DNA of 28,476 nucleotides, taken from positions 1 through 28,476 of IMG/VR virus record IMGVR_UViG_3300037424_001003. One strand, given 5' to 3'. The DNA is from a virus (taxonomy: Duplodnaviria > Caudoviricetes). Positions 15,968 to 25,040 of this stretch are shown here, one piece after another (positions within the stretch are counted from its first letter, which is position 1; every line of letters begins with the position of its first letter). Made by a program: the position numbers and the translations under genes. A model generated the notes under the pieces. The model saw only the letters and a program-made list of their open reading frames with translations, ran no database searches and was not told the origin of the DNA.

Positions 15968-16813
15968 ATGGCCGACGTGCGCAACGCGCTTTCCAACGGC
16001 CGCTTCCTCCAGGACCTGGCTAACTGGGTGGCCAGCGGAGCCGCCTACAGCGCCGGCGACGGAGACGACCATTACGGCGTGGCCGTGCTCTCCACCGGTG
16101 GAGACTACGTGGAGCAGACGTTCAGCGTGGCCCATGCCCGGCTGTACAGCCTGCACATCGCGGTCAAGGCCATCGGCAGTTCCCTGAGTGGCAGCCAGGC
16201 CACGGCGCGCATCGTAGACGGCAACGGCAACACAGTGTTGACGCAGGCCCTGACCGGGACGGCCGACACCTGGACGGAGACTACCTACAGCATCGGCCTG
16301 GCGCCGGGCACAACCTACACCCTGCGCATCACGAACGCCAGCGCCGCCGGCGACGTGCGCATCGACGACGTGTGGCTCTGGTGGGTGCCTCTCTCGCGGG
16401 CACAAGTCGCCGCGCGCGTGCATGCCAAGCTGGCCCGCCTGGCTACGGAACGCAGCCTATCGACCACGCCGGCCGGCGCGCTGACCGAGGGCGACTATAC
16501 CTACGCGGTGGACGCCGGCCTGCGCAGCGTGGGCGCCATCGACCCGGAGACCGACCTGCCCGACGTGCGCTGGCTGGACGCCGCCATGCTCGACACGGCG
16601 CTGGACGCCGTGGAGCTGGAGATGCTGGAACGCCTCCAGCGTGACTACGCGGTGGCCGTGGATACTACGGTCGGGCCACGCAGTGAGCGCCTATCACAGA
16701 TCGCGGCGGCCATCGCGGCCCTGCGCGGCGGGGTGGGCGGCAAGGGCGGCGGCGGGGGGCGCATCGTCATGCGCAAGCTGAGTCACAAGGCCGAAGACTA
16801 TGAGTTTAACTAG
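15968..16813 (+). CDS. Probable head-tail adaptor with an N-terminal beta-sandwich domain
   Basis: Position; N-terminal NGRFLQDLANW...VRIDDVWL resembles CBM4/9-like folds; helical C-terminus with VGPRSERLSQI. Confidence 0.55.
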   Translation: MADVRNALSNGRFLQDLANWVASGAAYSAGDGDDHYGVAVLSTGGDYVEQTFSVAHARLYSLHIAVKAIGSSLSGSQATARIVDGNGNTVLTQALTGTADTWTETTYSIGLAPGTTYTLRITNASAAGDVRIDDVWLWWVPLSRAQVAARVHAKLARLATERSLSTTPAGALTEGDYTYAVDAGLRSVGAIDPETDLPDVRWLDAAMLDTALDAVELEMLERLQRDYAVAVDTTVGPRSERLSQIAAAIAALRGGVGGKGGGGGRIVMRKLSHKAEDYEFN

Positions 16814-17114
16814 CTTCATGACGGCGACGTGCACTCACAAGAACAACCCGACCGGGGCCACGCTCGCCACGGTGGCCACCGGCATCGCCTGCACACCCAT
16901 CGACGCGCTGAGCCAGACGGCCGCCGTGGCCTACCCATTCGAGAAGGTCTTTATGATGCGCCAGGCGTTCACCAAATACACGGCGTTCGAGCCCGGCGAC
17001 TATCTCGTGTCCGGCTCTACGACCTACGCCGTTAAGGCGGTGCATCCCTACGCGGCACAGGGGAGCATGGATGCCTACTATCATCTCATTCTTGAGCAAC
17101 AGTTGGGATCGTAA
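16800..17114 (+). CDS. Head closure/stopper-like protein
   Basis: 104 aa beta-rich; EPGDYLVSGSTTYAVKAV; synteny. Confidence 0.55.
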   Translation: MSLTSFMTATCTHKNNPTGATLATVATGIACTPIDALSQTAAVAYPFEKVFMMRQAFTKYTAFEPGDYLVSGSTTYAVKAVHPYAAQGSMDAYYHLILEQQLGS

Positions 17115-17441
17115 GTGGCAAATCGCGTGATCGTCATCGGCCTGGACGAATGCATGGAGGCGCTGGGGGATGTAGCCAACCTGATCGAAGACATCCCGGA
17201 CATCGTACCCATCATGCTCGAAGAGGACATGCTCAAATTCGTGCACATCCTGAACGGCTACCTATCGTCTACCATCTACCACAAACACGGCTTCGCCGGC
17301 GCGTCGGCCCCCTACGCCGGGTATGAGGCCGACCGGGGCGACAAGCTGGCCGGCGGCCGGACCGGGCATGATTTCGCGCAGCGCGCGATTGATGCTTTCG
17401 ACGTGGAGAAGCTGGCAGATAGGATTGTGGATCCGTTTTAA
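17115..17441 (+). CDS. HK97 gp10-like neck protein
   Basis: IVIGLDE start, GYLSSTI, ASAPYAGYE motif; synteny. Confidence 0.55.
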   Translation: MANRVIVIGLDECMEALGDVANLIEDIPDIVPIMLEEDMLKFVHILNGYLSSTIYHKHGFAGASAPYAGYEADRGDKLAGGRTGHDFAQRAIDAFDVEKLADRIVDPF

Positions 17442-17744
17442 GGAGGAACTGCATGGCATCACAATTGGCATTAGAGCGGGCAGCGCAAGCATGGTGCAAG
17501 CCAACCACAGAACATCTTGAGATGATTCCAGAATTGGCAGAGGCATTCGCAGAGATCCTTGACGACGTTTGGTCAAAACCCTGGCTCGGCAACGCCTCAA
17601 CTGAGGAATTGCTCGACGAATTGAAAGCGCGGGCAGGCGTGAACGGCACGTTGACTTATAGCACCGCCGGGGCTGCCGAACAACGAAAGCAGCAGGAAGT
17701 CCATAGTAGAGAAGCTGGCGGATAGGATTGTGAGGCCGTTCTGA
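17403..17744 (+). repeat. 39-bp imperfect direct repeat (17403-17441 and 17706-17744) flanking an inserted gene
   Basis: VEKLADRIVDPF* versus VEKLADRIVRPF*; 32/39 nt identical by manual count. Confidence 0.85.
17453..17725 (+). CDS. Hypothetical moron-like protein
   Basis: RBS TAAGGAGG; ERAAQAWCKPTTEHLEMIPELAEAFAEIL; lies between the direct repeats. Confidence 0.7.
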   Translation: MASQLALERAAQAWCKPTTEHLEMIPELAEAFAEILDDVWSKPWLGNASTEELLDELKARAGVNGTLTYSTAGAAEQRKQQEVHSREAGG

Positions 17745-17947
17745 TGAAAAACCCGTCTAGTCTACCCGGTATTCACTTCACGCCTGAGCAGGAAGCGCAA
17801 ATCAAAAAAATTGTCGCGGCTGGCAAGAAGCGCGAGGCGCAAGAGGTCATCTGGCAGATAACCAGAGAATGGGAAGAGGAGTTTGGCGAGATGACGCCCG
17901 AAGAGCGTGAGGAGCGATATGGCATCCACCCGCCAGGCCGTCCGTGA
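17744..17947 (+). CDS. Small hypothetical protein
   Basis: TGATG overlap with the duplicated stop; 67 aa, charged. Confidence 0.55.
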   Translation: MKNPSSLPGIHFTPEQEAQIKKIVAAGKKREAQEVIWQITREWEEEFGEMTPEEREERYGIHPPGRP

Positions 17948-18326
17948 GCAGCTCGCCAGTCTCTTTACCACCCGCGCGGTCTTCAACGCCGTGCACGCCT
18001 ACGCGCCGCTGGATTTGCAAGGCTTTACCAAGGTGCTGATGGTCTACTCTTCGAGCACGCGCCACGAGCAGTTTAGCCAGCACCTGGCCAACAACTTCTA
18101 CACGTTCGTGCTGGATGTGATGGTCAAGCGCGCCAGTGGCGAAAACACCGAAGACGTGCTCGATGCGCTGCACGAGGAGATACGCGACTTCGTGCGTGAC
18201 AACCAGGGCGATGCGACCTGGGACTATCTCGAATTGAATGAAGTGAGTGACGCCTACTTTGCAGAGGTATCGGGCGTCCCATATCGCGGCGAGCGGCACC
18301 CGCTGACCGTGAAAGTTTCTGGTTAA
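17919..18326 (+). CDS. Tail terminator-like protein
   Basis: ATG 17919 after GAGGAG; about 135 aa; precedes the tail tube. Confidence 0.65.
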   Translation: MASTRQAVREQLASLFTTRAVFNAVHAYAPLDLQGFTKVLMVYSSSTRHEQFSQHLANNFYTFVLDVMVKRASGENTEDVLDALHEEIRDFVRDNQGDATWDYLELNEVSDAYFAEVSGVPYRGERHPLTVKVSG

Positions 18327-18337
18327 GGAGCAACGGC

Positions 18338-19297
18338 ATGACATCACGAGCTGAAAGACAGGTACTCGCCGGCTTGCAATCCCAGGCCGGCACCGGCGTG
18401 AACGTGGACACCGCCCTGCGCGCTATGTGCTCGCTCCGGCCCAAAGTCGCCAAAATTCACCCGGATGAGGACATCGGGTCATTCGCCCCGGCCCGCCACT
18501 ACATCGGGCAGGTTGCGCCGGACGGCTCTCTCATCATGGACGGCACCTATGAGCAGTGTTTGATCCCCCTGGCCATGGCGCTGGGCACCGTGACGCCCTC
18601 AGCCGGGCCGCCGTACACGTGGACATTTGACCTGCCCGACGCGGCGGCCAGCCTCAACGCATTCAGTTTGTGGACCGTGGAATACACCGACGGCGATGAC
18701 CAGGTGATCCGGGCGGAGGATGTGTTCGCCAAGGCGCTGACCATCGCCGGCATAGAGGGCAAAAGCTGGCTTTTCACGGCTGAGCTGGACGGCGGGGAGG
18801 TGACCATCCCGGCGGCAGTCAGTGCCTCACCCGCCCTGGACGATACGGTTACGCCCATCCGTATGGCGGAGACCACGTTACTCGTGGATGCTACCTACGC
18901 CGGCATCGGCGTGACGACCGTCGAGGAGTTGATCTCGTTCACCTACAAAGTCGAGGAGCTACAGCACTCCAAGCAGTTCGCGGGCTCGCTCTACCCCAAC
19001 GGGCGCGGCAACGGCAAGTGGAAGACCGTGCTGGAGTTGATCCTGGAGATGGGCGCGCCCGAGGCGCACGCTTTCGCCGACGCCATGCTGGCCACGACTC
19101 AGTTCGCCGTGCAGGTCAAGGCTTACGTGAGCGCCAGCATCTCTGCCCTGATCAATGGCATGTATATGGTGGAAGAAATCAGCGCGCTCGATGATCGTGA
19201 TGGAAACAACACGATCAAGGTGACGCTGCAAGGCGAAAAGGATGCCTCAGACAACACCGGGGCGGTGATCGTCGAGTGTGACGTGGCGGCGCTGTAA
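18338..19297 (+). CDS. Major tail tube protein
   Basis: 319 aa, acidic and beta-rich; synteny before chaperone and tape measure. Confidence 0.75.
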   Translation: MTSRAERQVLAGLQSQAGTGVNVDTALRAMCSLRPKVAKIHPDEDIGSFAPARHYIGQVAPDGSLIMDGTYEQCLIPLAMALGTVTPSAGPPYTWTFDLPDAAASLNAFSLWTVEYTDGDDQVIRAEDVFAKALTIAGIEGKSWLFTAELDGGEVTIPAAVSASPALDDTVTPIRMAETTLLVDATYAGIGVTTVEELISFTYKVEELQHSKQFAGSLYPNGRGNGKWKTVLELILEMGAPEAHAFADAMLATTQFAVQVKAYVSASISALINGMYMVEEISALDDRDGNNTIKVTLQGEKDASDNTGAVIVECDVAAL

Positions 19298-19626
19298 TGA
19301 TCGAATGGCGGGTCATCAAATTCAAGCATTATAGGCGCGCGATTGAACTCCAAAACGCGGGCAGGCAGGACGGGGCAGGGCAAAGAACTCTTACAAGTGA
19401 GGCGGCGACCGCTTACCTGGAATACGCCATCTCGCTCATTCACGCCTGGGATTTCGTAGACGCCGAGACGAGCGAAGCGCTGCCGGTGGCCGCCGCGTCA
19501 CTGGACGAGCTATCGGTGGAGCAGTTGCAGGAGCTGATCGGTGGCTTCGGCGAGAAGCTGGGTACGTCGAGCGCCATCGTCCCAAAAGCGAGCGCCGCGC
19601 CATCCTCCTCTACTTCGACGGAGTGA
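19297..19626 (+). CDS. Tail assembly chaperone (gpG-like)
   Basis: IHAWDFVDAETSEALPV...LDEL motif; slippery site near the 3' end. Confidence 0.8.
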   Translation: MIEWRVIKFKHYRRAIELQNAGRQDGAGQRTLTSEAATAYLEYAISLIHAWDFVDAETSEALPVAAASLDELSVEQLQELIGGFGEKLGTSSAIVPKASAAPSSSTSTE

Positions 19627-19796
19627 GGAGCGGCAAAGAGCGGCTGCCCGATTTGCCCGCCTGGGTGAATGTCATTCAGCTCGCAGAGCAAATGAACGTC
19701 ATGCCGTCCGTGATCGACGATGAACCACTCGAATGGATCGAGCGCATGCAGGAATACTATTATCATAAGTTCCATCAGCCTGAGAAGCTGAACTAG
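19581..19796 (+). CDS. -1 frameshift extension of the tail chaperone (gpGT-like)
   Basis: C CCA AAA heptamer at 19581-19587. The -1 frame stays open (SERRAILLYFDG...LAEQMNVMPSVIDDEPLEWIERMQ...LN*) to TAG 19796, 1 nt before the tape-measure ATG. Confidence 0.8.
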   Translation, partial: PKSERRAILLYFDGVRSGKERLPDLPAWVNVIQLAEQMNVMPSVIDDEPLEWIERMQEYYYHKFHQPEKLN

Positions 19797-19797
19797 C

Positions 19798-21255
19798 ATG
19801 GCAACCTCGACAAGAACCCTCGAAATTCGCGTCAACCAAACCGGCGAAAGCGCAACCGGCATCCGGGGTATCACCCAATCCCTGGGCGGCCTGGGCACAC
19901 TGGCCGCCGGCGCGGCCACGGCCGGCATCGCGGTAGCCGGCGCGGCCATCATCGGACTGGGCGCGGCGGCCGTCAAATTCACCGGCCAGGCGATGGAAGC
20001 GCAGGACATCCAGGCGCAGCTCAACAACGTGATCGAGAGCACCGGCGGCAAGGCGGGCGTCACCGCCGATATGGTCAACAAGCTGGCCGGCAAGTACCAG
20101 GACTTGACGCGCTTCGAGGATGATGCCGTGGTGAGCGCCGACAACATCCTCTTGACCTTCACCCAAATCGGGAAAGACGTCTTTCCCGAGGCCACCGGGG
20201 CCGTGCTCGACATGGCCACCTCGCTCAAATTAGACCTCTCCTCTGCCAGCCAGATCGTGGGAAAAGCCTTAAACGATCCTATCCAGGGCGTGGGCGCTTT
20301 GCGCCGGGTGGGCGTGCAGCTCACCGACGAACAGGAGGCGCTGGTCAAGTCGTTCATGGCTGTGGGCGACGTGGCCAGCGCGCAGAAGGTCATCCTGGGC
20401 GAGCTGGCTACCGAGTTCGGCGGCTCGGCCATCGCCGCCGGTCAGACGTTCGCCGGCCAGCTCGACCGGCTGAAAAACAAACTGAACGACACCGGCGAGA
20501 ACATTATGGCCCAGTTCCTGCCGGCGCTACAAGAGGTCGGGGATATGCTGCTTAGCGGCCTGAATAGCCCGGAGTTTCAAGCCGTGTTGGGCGGCCTCTC
20601 CGCTTTCATCGGCGACGTGGTAGTACCGGCTATCTCCGACCTGGTGCACTGGATACGTGACGAGATCGTACCCCGTTTCCGCGAGTTTTTCACCGAACTA
20701 CAAGAGCGTGTCGGGCCGGTCTTGGAACGGCTGCAAGCGTCTTTCTCGCGGATCTCTGAGCGGTTGGGCATAGCGTCCGGCGACGTGAGCGGTTTGGATG
20801 TAATTTTCAAGGCGCTGGACGTGACGCTCGACGTGGCCATCCCCATTATTGAAGGCGTTGCGCGTACCATCGAGGGCCTAGCGCGCGGCGTGGAGTGGGT
20901 CATCCGCGTGGTTGACGACGCGGTGGGCGCGTGGAACGATTTCAAGGATGCTGTGCGGGCAGCGGCCGACGCCATCCCCGACGTGTTGATGCCGGGATCG
21001 CCGACCCCGTTTGAGATGGGGCTCAGGGGCATTGTCGCGGCCACGAAGGAGGCCAATGTCGGGCTAAGCGCCGGCCTAGTCCCGCGCGGGGCGGGCGCTC
21101 TGGCTGCGACCGGAGGGAGGGGCGGCGCTTCAGGTGGCGGTGTGGTCATCAACTTCACTTACCAGACTACGTTTAGTCCCATCGATAGCTACCGCTTCGA
21201 GCAGGAGGTCAAACCTATGATCACCCGGCTCATCAACGAGGCAAAGCGTGGATAG
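19798..21255 (+). CDS. Tape measure protein (short)
   Basis: Ala/Gly-rich and helical; VGKALNDPIQGVGALRRVGV motif; PGSPTPF near the C-terminus. Confidence 0.9.
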   Translation: MATSTRTLEIRVNQTGESATGIRGITQSLGGLGTLAAGAATAGIAVAGAAIIGLGAAAVKFTGQAMEAQDIQAQLNNVIESTGGKAGVTADMVNKLAGKYQDLTRFEDDAVVSADNILLTFTQIGKDVFPEATGAVLDMATSLKLDLSSASQIVGKALNDPIQGVGALRRVGVQLTDEQEALVKSFMAVGDVASAQKVILGELATEFGGSAIAAGQTFAGQLDRLKNKLNDTGENIMAQFLPALQEVGDMLLSGLNSPEFQAVLGGLSAFIGDVVVPAISDLVHWIRDEIVPRFREFFTELQERVGPVLERLQASFSRISERLGIASGDVSGLDVIFKALDVTLDVAIPIIEGVARTIEGLARGVEWVIRVVDDAVGAWNDFKDAVRAAADAIPDVLMPGSPTPFEMGLRGIVAATKEANVGLSAGLVPRGAGALAATGGRGGASGGGVVINFTYQTTFSPIDSYRFEQEVKPMITRLINEAKRG

Positions 21256-21415
21256 GTTCAACTGGCACTTACTCACCATGGGAATTGTTGCCTTGACCTG
21301 GCTGGTTCTCATGTTCCTTGTGAGGCCGGCGACCCCTGGGAGGGCAGCGGGCACTCAGGCTCTATTCATAGCTCTGGCACTACAGAACGCCAAGGAAACC
21401 TTGCGCCGTGGCTAG
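21248..21415 (+). CDS. 55-aa membrane peptide between tape measure and tail gene
   Basis: GTG start overlapping the tape-measure end; MDRFNWHLLTMGIVALTWLVLMFLVRP...; its stop overlaps the next start. Confidence 0.45.
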   Translation: MDRFNWHLLTMGIVALTWLVLMFLVRPATPGRAAGTQALFIALALQNAKETLRRG

Positions 21416-22892
21416 ATATGCGACATTCAAATACGGCGCTGAGAAGTACGGTGCATCCTCGCCTAATAACCTCTACCTGTGGACGTTTGTTGTGGATTGG
21501 GATGGGGATGGGGTTCATGACTATTTCAACGAGGCGCACGAACGCATGGTTGACCTGTACGTGGTGCGCGGCAGAGATAGTATGATAAACCCCAACGGCG
21601 TGAACTTTGCGCCGTTCCCGCCAGGGGAGGCGCAGGTAGTGCTGGATAACAACGACGGCAGGTATGACCCCTGGAATACGTCAAGCCCCATCTATCCCAA
21701 CTGCATGCCCGGCAAATTCTGCAAGATCGAGGCCAGATACCTGACCACCGGCACGCAGTACGGCGTGATCCACGGCACCATCCACGACATACAGCCCTTC
21801 AACCAAAGGAATGACCGTTTCGTCCGCATCCTGATTCGGGACGGCCTGGCCTGGCTACAGAAGAAGACCATCAACTATGGCCTGCATACCGCTACCGACG
21901 TTGACAGCAATATCCGAGCGGTTTTGACACTGGCTGGCTGGACCCCGACACCGTTCTTTGAGGCGATGGAGGACAGCGACGTAGTGCTGCCTTACACCTG
22001 GGGCTACCAGCGAAATGCTTACGATCTCATTCAAGAGTTGACGCTGGCCGAGCGGGGCGGTGTTTCCTTCCACGACCGGCGTGGCCAGTTCATGCTGTAC
22101 AAGAGAACGCACGGCGGCACATTCTGGAACCTGGGCGAAAGTGCGATTGGCACTGATTTAGTCATCTCCCAACCCTGGGAGAACGTCTACAACGACATCC
22201 GGGTGAACGTCTACCCCAAGATCAACGACCCGGTGAACACCACCCTGTGGCAACTCAACGACGTGCCGGCCATAGCCAACGGGGCGGCGCTGGTCTTCGA
22301 CGCCCGATTTAGATACAGCTCCTATTCTCCGGTCTGTGGTTCGAGCATGACCTTCAACCATACTGTCAATGCAGCGGCGGACGGATCTGGCGCAAACCTT
22401 ACGGCAACCTGCCCGTTGACCTACGACACTCAAATCGGCGACGGCGCAACCATCACCATTACCAACAACAGTGGAAGCGCCGGATACATCACTCTACTGA
22501 GGGCCGTGGGGGACGCCATCTATGCACCGTATGATACAGTTAAAAAGGCATCCGACGCTACCAGCCAATCTACCTACGGGCAAAGGACGCTGACCATCGA
22601 CACGCCCTGGATAGATTACACGGTAGAGGGGCAGAGTTGGGCCAATACCCTACTTGCCAACCTGAAAGACCCGAAGAAGTCGGCAATTGTCTCGTTCGAG
22701 ACTCTCGGCACCTTGGGCGGCTCGGGGCACTTCGTTTTCGATCTGTACGACGGCTGGCAGTTGACGTTGCCCGCTATCGGATTGGCTACTACCGATTTTA
22801 GGATCGGCAAGATAGAGCATCGCTGGCTCAGGCCGAATGGGCAGGCGTTGCGCACTACGCTCAGGTTGGAGCCAAGCCTGACGATAACGTAG
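21408..22892 (+). CDS. Tail tip/hub protein
   Basis: 494 aa after the tape measure; VVDWDGDG, VVLDNNDGRYDP, SQSTYGQRTLTIDT resemble minor tail proteins. Confidence 0.75.
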   Translation: MARYATFKYGAEKYGASSPNNLYLWTFVVDWDGDGVHDYFNEAHERMVDLYVVRGRDSMINPNGVNFAPFPPGEAQVVLDNNDGRYDPWNTSSPIYPNCMPGKFCKIEARYLTTGTQYGVIHGTIHDIQPFNQRNDRFVRILIRDGLAWLQKKTINYGLHTATDVDSNIRAVLTLAGWTPTPFFEAMEDSDVVLPYTWGYQRNAYDLIQELTLAERGGVSFHDRRGQFMLYKRTHGGTFWNLGESAIGTDLVISQPWENVYNDIRVNVYPKINDPVNTTLWQLNDVPAIANGAALVFDARFRYSSYSPVCGSSMTFNHTVNAAADGSGANLTATCPLTYDTQIGDGATITITNNSGSAGYITLLRAVGDAIYAPYDTVKKASDATSQSTYGQRTLTIDTPWIDYTVEGQSWANTLLANLKDPKKSAIVSFETLGTLGGSGHFVFDLYDGWQLTLPAIGLATTDFRIGKIEHRWLRPNGQALRTTLRLEPSLTIT

Positions 22893-22901
22893 GAGAGTGG
22901 T

Positions 22902-23429
22902 ATGCCCTCAACTTATCCAACCACCCTTGACAGCTACAGCACAAAAACAGACGGCGTTGACGATGTGATGGCGGAGGATGTGAACAACCTGCAAGACGCC
23001 GTTGTGGCGATTGAGACCGAGCTAGGCACGAATCCCGTCACCGATTGGACCGACTGGACGCCGGTCGTTACCCAATCGGGCAACGTAACATTAACTGTTA
23101 CCTATGCCAAGTACCAGGTGGTGCGCAAAAAGGCCACCTTGCTGTGCAAAGTGGCTATAACTGGATCAGGCACCGGCGCTAATGCCATCGTCGTGAGCGG
23201 CTGGCCTTCGGCAATCAATCCGAGCGGCCTGGGGGCAGGCTCAGCGGTTGGCATAGGCACTATTAAGGACACTGGCGTCCAGTATTACTATGGCCTTGCC
23301 GTCCTGCAAGGAGCTACCAGCGTTGGTTACTGGTGGCAGCCCACGAGTGCCTACCTGGGGATCAATCCCAACTTTGCGCTGGCAAACACCGACGAGATGC
23401 ACATCAACGTGAGTTGGATGATAGCATGA
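22902..23429 (+). CDS. Tail fibre/receptor-binding-like protein
   Basis: YPTTLD...VNNLQDAVVAIETELGTNP N-terminus and a WTDWTP...AKYQVV beta-rich head domain. Confidence 0.65.
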   Translation: MPSTYPTTLDSYSTKTDGVDDVMAEDVNNLQDAVVAIETELGTNPVTDWTDWTPVVTQSGNVTLTVTYAKYQVVRKKATLLCKVAITGSGTGANAIVVSGWPSAINPSGLGAGSAVGIGTIKDTGVQYYYGLAVLQGATSVGYWWQPTSAYLGINPNFALANTDEMHINVSWMIA

Positions 23430-23971
23430 GCATGACCACCTACGCTGAGAAGGCCGGCACGCGCGTGCTGTGCCTGGTGCCGGTTGGGGATGGTGCCAAC
23501 AATTACATGGGCGTCTACGACCTGGCAATGCAGCCTGTGACATCCAGCGGCGTGGTGTGCTTTCCCGGCAATATCCCGGCTACCCTGGCGGCGCTGGAGA
23601 CCTACACGGCAGCCAACCCCAGGCAGACAGTACCCTACGGCGGCGTCAACCTGGCCGATTGGAGGGCAGCAGACGCAGACATCAACCATATGGCGGCGGT
23701 CCTCGTCACAGTCAACAATGGAATTACCAATCCGGGGACCGTGTACGGCGACACGTGGGTATCTGTTTGGTCTGGACCGGGTGAGGTATATGGGGACGTG
23801 GGGAGCGTGGCCGGCTTTTTCTATAACGAGTACACAGACCTGGCAAATGATGCCACGCGGATCAAGTACCTTTGGGAGTTTATGTGGCTGGCGCTATTGC
23901 AAATCAAGATGCTGCAGTATCAAGTGGCCGGTTTGACTGACTGGGGCAGCGGAGACGCCATCGGCACGTAG
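23426..23971 (+). CDS. Hypothetical tail-associated protein
   Basis: ATGA overlap at 23426; last + strand gene. Confidence 0.6.
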   Translation: MSMTTYAEKAGTRVLCLVPVGDGANNYMGVYDLAMQPVTSSGVVCFPGNIPATLAALETYTAANPRQTVPYGGVNLADWRAADADINHMAAVLVTVNNGITNPGTVYGDTWVSVWSGPGEVYGDVGSVAGFFYNEYTDLANDATRIKYLWEFMWLALLQIKMLQYQVAGLTDWGSGDAIGT

Positions 23972-23990
23972 ACGCTGCGCCGGGCGTTCG

Positions 23991-24206
23991 TTACTTACCC
24001 GCAACGGCCTCTTCCAACAATACCAGCCTGAAGTCAACCCAGCCGGCGGGGAACGCCTGATATCTGGCCAGGATTTCGTCACGCGGCTGGTCCAATAGTT
24101 TGCTCCACAATTGTAGTTCGTGCTCGAATTTCTGTTCCGCTATGAGCGCATCCTCGGCCACACGAGCCTGAGCGCCCAGTCGCACCGCGTCGGATATTCT
24201 CCCCAT
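23991..24206 (-). CDS. Hypothetical protein
   Basis: MGRISDAVRLGAQARVAE...; GAGGT upstream. Confidence 0.5.
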   Translation of the reverse strand: MGRISDAVRLGAQARVAEDALIAEQKFEHELQLWSKLLDQPRDEILARYQAFPAGWVDFRLVLLEEAVAGK

Positions 24207-24225
24207 CAACCTACCTCTAGATGAC

Positions 24226-24462
24226 TCATTCCTCCACTTCATAGCCAGTGATCCTAAGCATGTCCTCCGTGGACATCTCGCCGGATCGTCTATCCTCTGT
24301 AACTCGTTGACTGAATAACTCTTCATCGTCGCCGGGTTCGTGATAGACGGTCAAATACCCCCAACGGTAACGAATGTAGACGGGAGAGCCGTCGTCAAAT
24401 TCGCCTTCCCACTGGGAGGGGTTGCGCTCACAGGTTTTGACAAGCTTTCTGATTTTTGTCAT
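24226..24462 (-). CDS. Hypothetical phage protein
   Basis: RBS AAGGAG; TCERNPSQWEG..DDG.PVYIRYRWGYL motif. Confidence 0.75.
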   Translation of the reverse strand: MTKIRKLVKTCERNPSQWEGEFDDGSPVYIRYRWGYLTVYHEPGDDEELFSQRVTEDRRSGEMSTEDMLRITGYEVEE

Positions 24463-24473
24463 ACTATCTCCTT

Positions 24474-24522
24474 TGGTGACTGGTGCCAGGATCTGGCGAT
24501 CGATCGCGGCCGGCTGTCACCA
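24474..24522. repeat. TGGTGACA family copy 7 (42 bp with a doubled left arm, 49 bp in total)
   Basis: TGGTGAC+TGGTGCCA-N26-TGTCACCA; colinear with the reverse complement of 15101-15149. Confidence 0.8.
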
Positions 24523-24552
24523 TCAGGGCCGCTTTTCTTTATTTGCGGCCGT

Positions 24553-24771
24553 CTACAACAGCCTCGGCTGCCTCATTGCCGCTTCCAATTTTGCCGTCCA
24601 TTTTTGTGTTTCGCGCGATTCTCGCCACGTGAACCATCCCAGCAGCCAGCGATTCTCTAGCGCATCACGTTCGCAAAAATCAGGCTCTCGGCCAAAACGG
24701 GTGTGATAGAGATTCCGCACCTGATCTTCAGTCAAGGCTTCATCCAGGCTCCACAAACACGGTTTGGCCAT
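24553..24771 (-). CDS. Hypothetical protein
   Basis: 72 aa ORF with a purine-rich RBS. Confidence 0.6.
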   Translation of the reverse strand: MAKPCLWSLDEALTEDQVRNLYHTRFGREPDFCERDALENRWLLGWFTWRESRETQKWTAKLEAAMRQPRLL

Positions 24772-24796
24772 TCATCCCCCTTTCTGCCGCCTTGCT

Positions 24797-25000
24797 CTAT
24801 ATTCGGTCAGTCTGCTGCTCTGCCGAGCTAGCCCTATAGACTTCGACCTCGTTGGAATTGAGACGGTCACTCCAGGTTAGTCCGCAATCAGGACAAAAAT
24901 AATCTGTCCCCTCGTCATCGTAATCCGGCGGAGTTGCTTCTCGATAATGATCCTGAAGGTTTTTCCCGCCGCACATTGGGCACTCCACAAAGTCGTCCAT
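24797..25000 (-). CDS. Small zinc-ribbon protein
   Basis: MDDFVECPMCGG...YFCPDCGLTW; GGAG RBS before ATG 25000. Confidence 0.65.
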   Translation of the reverse strand: MDDFVECPMCGGKNLQDHYREATPPDYDDEGTDYFCPDCGLTWSDRLNSNEVEVYRASSAEQQTDRI

Positions 25001-25040
25001 TCTCTGGCTCCTGTCACTGCCGTTTCTTTTCAAAACGGCA

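Noticed and set aside
21408-23971. Diversity-generating retroelement or shufflon acting on tail fibre genes
   Set aside because: No reverse transcriptase, template/variable repeat pair or repeated crossover sites were seen in this region.
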